From: the human T2T-CHM13v2.0 reference genome, Homo sapiens | Reading direction: 5' to 3' (one strand) | Length of the DNA: 64,000 nt | Assembly: GCF_009914755.1 (NCBI RefSeq) | Contig: NC_060947.1 | Shown: positions 54,072 through 64,000 of the stretch, piece after piece | Position numbering within the stretch: the first letter of the stretch is position 1 | Layout: each line of letters opens with the position of its first letter | Notes under the pieces: generated by a model | Databases searched by the model: none | The model's input: only the letters and a program-made list of their open reading frames with translations | What the model was told of the DNA's origin: nothing | Translations under genes and position numbers: made by a program

Positions 54072-55234
54072 TAGGGCAACCCAGAGCTTCCCTAGCCTTA
54101 AGCTTTCCTTTAGCTGGTTGTTCTGGATGGGCAGGGTTTCTCACAGGAGTGTTTTGAACCATGGAACAACTGAGCTGGCCTTAAATCTTCTGCCTCAGCC
54201 TTTATCTTCTTGATGGGGGCACTAAAGTCCAGAAAAGGGAAAGGATTTGAGTGAACTGGTGATAGTGCCAGGACTAAAACCTAACTTGCTTGGCTCCAGT
54301 GTAGGGGAGGGATGGTGAATGCCTACCTTCTAAATGGCACTCACTGTGAGGTGCTCAGTGTCTTCTCCCTCTGTGCTGGTGGTGACATGACCGTGGAGTT
54401 ATGGCCATGGGAAGAGCAAGTTCCTCTGAGTGTGTAGAGCTGATCTCATGGGTTTCTTTATTTGGAAATGGCTCAGGCTCTGACCTTGTCTCAGGAACTC
54501 TTTGTAGCACTTCCCAGGAAGGTAAGTGTTTTGCTTTGGCTTGTGACGGGTGGTGGAAGGCATATGTGTAGGCTGAAGGGAGGTAGAGAGAGGACACTAG
54601 TCACATTTTCCTGCTTGAGACTAGGCCTTGCTGTCCTAAGAAACTTTAGAGAGTAATTTCTTCATCGTATTCATAGCCAGAGGGGTTAGGCAGCTTGTTC
54701 GAGGTCACATATAGTTGGTAACAGTATTGAAAGGAGAACTTGGATTTCCTAATTCCCAAGTTAGTGGTCTCCCACTGGACTTGGCTGTCTTAGAAGGATG
54801 ACTCCACCCAGAGAGCACAGACTTCCAGAGAACTGGCTCTGTGGTGATTACATTAACAAGATGGGTACAATGGAGTTCCCCTAAAATGGTTTTGCTATAG
54901 CAAGTTTTTCTGGGATCTCCGATGACTGTCTTCTCTTCCTGTCTACCCCTCACCCCAGTTCCCTGCTTTCTCTTTGCCCTGTTTAATTTTGAGCTCTGAC
55001 CTTTTTGAATTCTGAATTCTGACTCAGCGCTCCAGCTTGATCTGTCCCTTGAGTTAGGAGAACAGTATGGCACTTTTTCAATTTAGTGACAGTATTTGCT
55101 GCTGTAGCAAATTGTTTGAATGCAGACTAGAATCTCCTGGCCTCAAAGTTCACCACTCACCTCTAGGTGCTTATAGGCCAAGCCTGGGGCAGGAAGCTAA
55201 AAAAAGACCTTTCAAGCCTCCGTGGAAAGGAAGC

Positions 55235-55470
55235 ATAGAGTAGTGTTGAAAAACAGACTCTGGAACTAGACTGCCTGGACTCAAATCTAGCTCTGCGACC
55301 AACTAGTTATATAGCCTTGGACAAGTTATTTAACTTCTGCACCTCATTTTCCTTAACCATAAATAATAATAGTACTTACAGAGTTGCTGTGAGGATTACA
55401 TGAGGTAATTTATGTAAAGGGCTTAGAACTGTGCCTAGAATCTAACAAGTGATATACAAATGTTATGATT
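55235..55470 (+). mobile_element. MIR
   Basis: MIR core: ccttggacaagttatttaacttc...cagagttgctgtgaggatta...gcttagaactgtgcct. Confidence 0.8.
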
Positions 55471-55885
55471 ATTTACTGAATTTTACTATATGCCTAACTT
55501 TGTGCTAGATGGGATGGATAAGAAAGAAGACAGGTAGTTGAATTCTTACCATTTAATGAGTGGTTACTATGTACTATTTACCATAAGGGATAGAAATAAA
55601 TGAAGGGATGATACAACTGCTGCCTTCAAAGATCTCCTATCTCCTATTTAATTGGGGATTTAGGGCTAATTCACTTAAAAACGGCTTGAGAAAAATATAT
55701 ACTTTGCATTGCATTTTCTACAACTTTTTGAGGAGAAAGGGTTTACTGGGACATGAACAGGGCCTTAAAGGGTGTGTACACTTGGGAGCAGTGGCCGTTC
55801 TGGGTGGGAAAGTGATGTGTTTTTGGTATGTGGGTGTAAACCAATGGCCCTAGACCAATGCTCTCTTGAAAGTTACTTTATCTGA

Positions 55886-56365
<480 letters not shown>

Positions 56366-57198
56366 TAAAAATGTTGCTTTTGTTGCCTAAGTAGGTATGT
56401 GAGAGGGTCTTTTCTTCATGCTTACACATGAACTAAACCAAAGAATAGAGCTTGGCAATAACTTTATGTCAGCAGCCTAGAAACAGCTTTTAATTCTCTC
56501 ATTGACTTTGCTATAAAATCAGGTATTTGGGAAAGGGTGGAGATGGCAGGGAGGATTTCTCAGTGTGTGGTTGTTAGAGGTGGAGGAGTATGACGTTTTC
56601 TGGCCAGGGCACAGCTGCAGCATCTGGGTCTTGAATTTGGAGAAAAGGCCTTTTGGGCGACTTTCAAAGCACAGCCCTTTGTCTGTGCCTAATGACACAG
56701 ATACCAGATCTGATGCTCCTTTCAATCGGCTTGTTGTGGCATAAGGTAAGTGTTGACATAGCTCTTAGGCCACTAATATGGCAAATGGCTCTGTGCTTGC
56801 TTAGTAGAACTGTTTTGCCAGTTATCTTCTGTGATTGGTGACTTCGAATATTGAAGTTTCTTCCCATTCCTGGCAACCCTTCTACCTTGTGGGAATTTGA
56901 TAGATACTTTGTGCATCCAGGGTAGTGATCAGGGCCTAATGAGAGAAGAGTTGAGATATGACAATTTGGTTGTACAAAACAAGATATAATCCTGAAAATT
57001 TTTTTCCTGGGTATATATTTGGGAAGTGACTGGGGCCAAGGCCTAGGAGGGGGAACAAGGCATACCTGTCAGGCTTGATCAGTATTTCTTTCCCTCTCTT
57101 TAGCCTTGGCCTCCATTAAATACCTGAGAAGGATCAAGTCTTATTTTTCTCAAGTTGTGTGTTTAGATAAGGTTCCTGATCTTACTTTCGTGATCTAA

Positions 57199-57576
<378 letters not shown>

Positions 57577-57812
57577 TGATGAAGCTCACCAAGAGCCTCT
57601 TTTATCTGTTGTAATTTTTAACTGAGGTTGACTAATCTATGGTATAGAGTTGGAGGGTGAGGGTCAAGGTAACAGTCAATCTGGGCATCATTAGTTAAGT
57701 CGTACAAATCTTTGCTATTTTCAAGGGTTTTAAGTGAGCTAAACTCCTCTCCAAACATCCTTGTAGATACTTGTGGGAGACTGACTAATTCCTTTACAAA
57801 GAAGAAAAGTCA

Positions 57813-58264
<452 letters not shown>

Positions 58265-61104
58265 CTAGCATATGCTTGGTGGGGACATCTGCCATTTGCT
58301 TTAGGGTTACACTACATCTTTCTACTTTGAGTGCTTGAAGAGTTGCTCCAGCAGGGCCTGATGTGGGCCTGGTGAAAATCTAGCCTAGTTGCCTTTCTGT
58401 CTGCCATAGCCTGGGCATTTTCCTAAGGTTGGGAGTTTTTTTCCTTCTGGTCTTAGGCCAGTTGCCAGAGGAAACCGATGACTAAAGGCTTCCTCCCTGC
58501 AACGTCAACTTCTGGAACCTTTCCTGATGATTCCTACCAGTCAAGTCTGCCTTATTTGGCTATTTTCTCCCCCCTCAAGTTACTCCCTCTCCTTGCCACC
58601 CCACCTCAACTAGTCCTCTGTTCTCCTTTAGTACAGGGAATGCCTTCTTCAAGTTTATACAATACCACCTGCAAACTTCTTTTCTTCTTGTTTAGAGTCC
58701 TAATATGGGGGAGGAGTGGGGAAGGAGAGAGGAAGATGGGAGAGCTCTGGAATGACTGTGATTTCTCCACCCTGCTTTCTTATCTCCCTTTATCCTCTTG
58801 GCACTGCCTGGTCACTCCTCTACAGCTTCTTACCTAGATCTCTGACAGCCTAGGAGTGGTCTCGATTGGCCTAAAGAGGTTCAGAGTGTGGGGGTGGGAT
58901 GGGGCTAGGGCTTTCAGCATTTGAAACTATTTCTTTGGAGCAGGTAAAGCCTTCCAGTTGGTAAGTCTAGTTCTTTAAGTATGCCTGTTGTATGCCTAGC
59001 CTTCTCACTTGGCTTTCCTGGGTGGGCTGAGTCTAAGTTCCCTCTACCTCCCCTTCCCAGTCCTGAGCTGTCTAACTTTAGGTTAGAAGAGCTGAGCTTT
59101 TGACACTTACAGCTTGGGGCACTTGTCTGGGTGTCTTTAAAAATACCTTTTAGTAAAAAATGGTACAATGGAAAGAAGAGTGAGATATTTGGTTTTTAAT
59201 CTCTGCCTGTGTGACCTTGGGCAAGTCACTTTTATGAGGCTTAATTTTCTTATCTACAAAATAGAGACATTGGCTTTTTCTGACATTCTGATTATTTGTG
59301 CCCAGTCTTTAAGAGGCTAGGAAAGGGGTCTTGGAAAGCGTGTAGCAGAGCAGAGTGGTGACTTTTCGGAGAAGCTTCCTTTTCCCATTTAGAATGGCAT
59401 TGAGTGTGTCATTTTCTCCTCTGGCTATCAACATGTAAGCAGCCCCCTCTATTTCAGTGAGCTCTGCTCTGGGATATACTGAATCTACCTACCAGAGAGC
59501 TCACTGTGGAGATTCTGGCTTGGAGAGACAACTGTTGACTACATGCCTTGGGTGGGGTCTTGGAGTCCAGCCTGCAGACTACAGTTGCTGGCTATTTTTG
59601 GTCATCTGTGACTCAGGAAGAATAGAAGACCCTTGGATTGGTCATTGTTCCATCAGGGAAAGGGAAGACAAAGAAACAAGCTAAAACTGAGGACATATGA
59701 GATTTCACTTCCTTTACTCCCTCCCCCACAACATCCCTTTTTGTAGGGCTATGAAATTGCTTTTGACTGAGTCTTAAATTGCTAAGCTCCCTTTCCCCTT
59801 CCTCTATCTGAATCATTGTTGACTATGTTGCCCTTGGACGGGGAGAGCTAGGTGATATGGGCTTGGGTGGAGCAAAAGGGAGAATTTCTAGTCAGGAAGA
59901 TTGCCACACACCTAGTGTTGGGCTTTCAACTGATCCTGTATTTTGTAAATATGGTTTCCTTTGGTATTAGTCCTGGAGATCAAAGGAGAGGGACTTCTGA
60001 ATTTTCTGTGAGGGCCTACAAGGCTGATAGGGAATAAGCAAGTTTATGGGAAAGGTGTACCCTTCACTGGATCTGTTTTTACCCATCCTCTACTTCTTCC
60101 TCCTTTTCGTCCTTCTCACTGACACTTTATCCAGTGCTTGCTTGTGAAACAAGGATCCCACATTGGATCTCAGCCACCTAAGAGTTGGCCATGAACATAA
60201 ACCTTACCTGCTCTGAGCCCCCTGGAGAAAGCACAAGAAGTCTTGGCATCTGTTTTCCTTCCTTTAGAAACAAGTTCCTTGGGCATCCTTGGGCAGTTTA
60301 ACCAGAGAAGCCTTAGTTGGGTAGTGCTGGGCAGTGCTGTTAGGGGGAAGATTCTTCTCCAGCATTGAGCTGGAATGGCCTGTGGGCTATGCAGGAGCTT
60401 GCTGCTGGAAGCAGCTGCCTTGCTGGAAGCTTCTCATTCTTCCTAGGTACCTCACATGGGTTGTTAGCGATGCCAGTTGTAGGTGGTGGATCAAAATGGC
60501 TGTTGGTTTGGGAAGGTAGGCAAGCAGGTGGAGGAAGAAGGAATGTAGAGTCAAATGGAAGAAGAGTGGTTCTTTTTTTATATTTCCCCTTTTTTTAAAA
60601 CTCAGCATGGCATATGACAAAGTTTAGCAAATAGAGAGAGAAATTGTGTATAAATTCATCATTTTAACATGGCAATAATTATTTGTATTTCTTGTCGTAT
60701 CTCATATATGTACCTTAGTTTTTGGTGGTGCAATCATAGTGTACATAAAAAAGTTCTCCTTCTTTCCCCCTACTTAACACATCACTAAAAACTTAGATAA
60801 ATGCTATTTAATTTTAAGAAATGAACATTCTAATGGCCATGTAAAATTCTATTCAAAGGCTATGCCATAATTTAAAACCATTCTCCTTTGGGGGAGCATT
60901 TAGATTACTCCCAGCATTTGCTAGTATAGATACATTCCCATGAATGTGAAAAGAGAAAATTGAAACCTCTTAGCATAGCATATAGGGAGGTCCCTTTGGT
61001 ACCTCACCCCATTCTAGCTTCCTCTCCCAACTCAGCTCCCATTTATTCCCACATGTATGCTATGTGGTAGCTTTGTGGGCCCAAGGTTTCCCAAGTCCAA
61101 GTAA

Positions 61105-61462
<358 letters not shown>

Positions 61463-63029
61463 ATGATTTTTTTTTTAACTGTGGAAAGCAATGCCATACC
61501 TCTTCTTTCTGCTTTAGCCTATGTTCTTTCCTTCAGCTTGAAATTTCAGGTGCCTCTTCTTCATCTCCCCCCCACTCCATGTCACTTCCATTGGAAACTT
61601 TCTTTATTACTCCCAGATAGTATTGTACTATCTTCTATGTGCCCACTGTACTTTGTAAGAACTTCTGTTATGTTATTTACCATGCAGAATTGCAGCCATC
61701 TGGGCTCCTAGGCTTGCTCTTTCATTAAACGTGTGCATTTGGAAGCTTCTAGCTCTTCCTGTCTCAAGAAGGGGCCATTCTCCAGGTGGAGGTGGTTAGG
61801 AATGGACAAACCTTTGAGGAGCATTTGGTCAGTAATATACATGGTGAGGGAGAAGCAGTAGCAATGAATGCAGGGGATCCAACAGTGTTGGATGAGCACC
61901 TGGTAGGGCATACTAACCACTAGTAATAGAGAAAATACACCTTGGAGAAGGGACAGGTGTATTAGCACCTATGGGGAAGAGAGGCCTGAGTGTAAGTACA
62001 GAGAAAGCCTAGCTGGCCTTGAGTCACCAGTGCAAATTCTGAAACCATTCCAGATTTTAGTTCCCCATCTGTGGAATGGAAAGAGTAATAGCAACCTACT
62101 TTTTAGGGTTATGCTGAGGATTCATTCAGTGCACTAATGCATCTGCAAGTGGTCTGTGAGGTGTGAGGCACAAAGGAAGGAAGGTAGGCCCAGGACACTC
62201 CAGTATGTTTGTTCCAGTTGGCCTTTTAAAGTTCTGTGCTATATGTGATTCCAATCAAGCCTCTGAACCCAGAATGCCAGATGCTACAGTTTCTCTGAAC
62301 CCCACATAGGTGCCCCTACAGCCAGTTTTTTATTTTTTTTTTAAGTAGGAAGTATGCAGGGAAGTACCATCTCCTCACTCATTTGAGCAGCCTGACTCCA
62401 ACTGGCCCTAGCACAGCCCTACTCAAGAATGACCACAAGTGCCTGGGGAGGGAGGGGCCACCATCACCTTAGCTCTTTAGTATAAAATAAGTGGTTTAGA
62501 GTAGAGGGTTTCTTAACATCCCTTTAGCTATAGGTAGAAGTGTAGAAGCTGCAGTGAAACTGAGCACCTTTCAGGTCTTCTGGTCTGAAGCCTGCCATGT
62601 ACTGTGGGAAGGACAGATCTTCATGTCTGTCACTAACTGTATACTCTTTAGAGGCCTGCCCATCTCATCTGTCTTAGGAAAACAGTTCATGAAGAACCAT
62701 CTAAGCCAAATTCAAGGTCTTTGAGTGGAGAATCTCAATTAATTGCTTTTTGTTTTCACCACATACTACCCATGGCTTCTTTTGTTGTTTTTATTGTTGT
62801 TGTTGGGACCCTTGGCTTCTTGCTGCTGCCTTGGCCATTTGCATACCCCCATTCCACCCCAGGACTTTATGTTTTGTAAGGAAGCAAATTACCTGAGCCA
62901 GTGGAAGATCTACTGGTCACCTATAAATCAACACGAAGAAGGGACTTGCTCAAGGTCATGTATTGAGGCAGAAGCAGAAACTGGTATTGAAGGCAAGACT
63001 CTCAGGAGTGTGTTCTTTCCATTATGTCA

Positions 63030-63155
63030 GTCTAGCCCACTAGTGTGTAAGCTTCATGAGAACAGAGATGGTTTCTCACCACCCATTATATCCCCGGTAC
63101 CCAACACAATGATGCCTGGCATAAAGTAGATTCTCAACAAATATTTATTGAATAG
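63030..63155 (+). mobile_element. L2 3' end relic
   Basis: actagtgtgtaagcttcatgagaacagaga...tgcctggcataaagtagattctcaacaaatatttattgaa. Confidence 0.7.
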
Positions 63156-63795
63156 ATATGTTAATAGCTACTATTTTCATGTTGGAACTGTCTTCTTTAG
63201 ATTCCTTTAGCTAGATCTACCAGATAGCCAAACAACAATTCCATTGATCCACTGGAAACTACCTAATGTGGACCCAGCTGGGCCCTGGCAGAATGGAACA
63301 GGGTAGCACCGGGGAATGGGAAGGCATTGTCTCTCTTGTGCACCTTGGAGAGACTGTTTATCTGTGAGTGGCCAGCATGTTCATAGCCATTTCTGCTCCC
63401 TTTTCCCATATCTTCACATAATACAGTAGTGTTCGTGTCAAGTGGGAATATTCAAATCAAAACTTTTTGTGGATTCTAACAGGCAGCCATGCAAACATTT
63501 CTGTCCACCTTTGTGAAGTAGCCCAAAGTTTGGCTGTACAGTACATATTTGAGACATTACTCAATTTTTAATTTTTTTGTGTTTGTGCTGCTCATTATGG
63601 CATGGCCAGCAGGCAGGGCTGCATTGCATAATTTAATCCTGAGAGGTTTGTGCACCTGAGGTTTAGGGATTTGGTTGGCCCCTGTGCTGAGGCCTAGGAA
63701 GAGACAGGCATAGACCAGGGAGGATAGCAAGGAAGTCCTGGCGATCATAATGTTGGGGCATCCAGTGGATATCCACTCTTGCTATTGCTACTGTT

Positions 63796-63855
63796 GCCGC
63801 CGCCGCCACCACCACCACCACCACCACCACCACCACCACCACCACCACCACCACC
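63796..63855. repeat. Compound trinucleotide repeat (GCC)4(ACC)16
   Basis: Read directly; preceded by degenerate TTG/CTA/CTG triplets. Confidence 0.95.
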
Positions 63856-64000
63856 CAGGCTGCTTTAGGGCCCAGAGCTGCTTATCTTTGCAGACTTGGT
63901 ATTTTTTGGCCAAGGTAGACTAATTTTGGGGGCAGTAGGAGATATTTTCCTCCCATCCACTCCTGAGAAAAGGGTAGGGCCAGCATTTGAGAGGTGTAGG

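Noticed and set aside
63663-63854. Poly-Val/Ala ORF, and Kozak-like GCCGCCACC at ~63802
   Set aside because: Product of the trinucleotide repeat; no ATG follows the Kozak-like string

Overview
Primate (human-like) genomic DNA, not microbial. The one host gene I can support is MSN (moesin, an ERM-family membrane-cytoskeleton linker; Xq12 in human). Its CpG-island promoter and exon 1 lie at ~47.9-48.3 kb (Kozak GCCGCCACC-ATG CCC AAA ACG = MPKT, then a GTGAGT donor), and intron 1 runs off the right end. The 48 kb upstream is dense in transposable elements: the 5' end of a young L1PA (intact 5'UTR and start of ORF1, minus strand, truncated ORF0), old L1M fragments, a full-length THE1 (MaLR) provirus, MST and MLT1 solo LTRs, a 5'-inverted (twin-primed) L1 with TSDs, small DNA transposons, L2/MIR relics and about 50 Alus. 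Almost every ORF in the supplied track is an Alu/L1/LTR/microsatellite artefact. I see no evidence of a new multi-gene system. The best leads are regulatory (NF-kB/STAT/AP-1 motif clusters, an L1 antisense promoter facing MSN, a TCT/TOP-like initiator) and mechanistic traces of retrotransposition or slippage. Repeat boundaries and subfamily calls are by eye and approximate.
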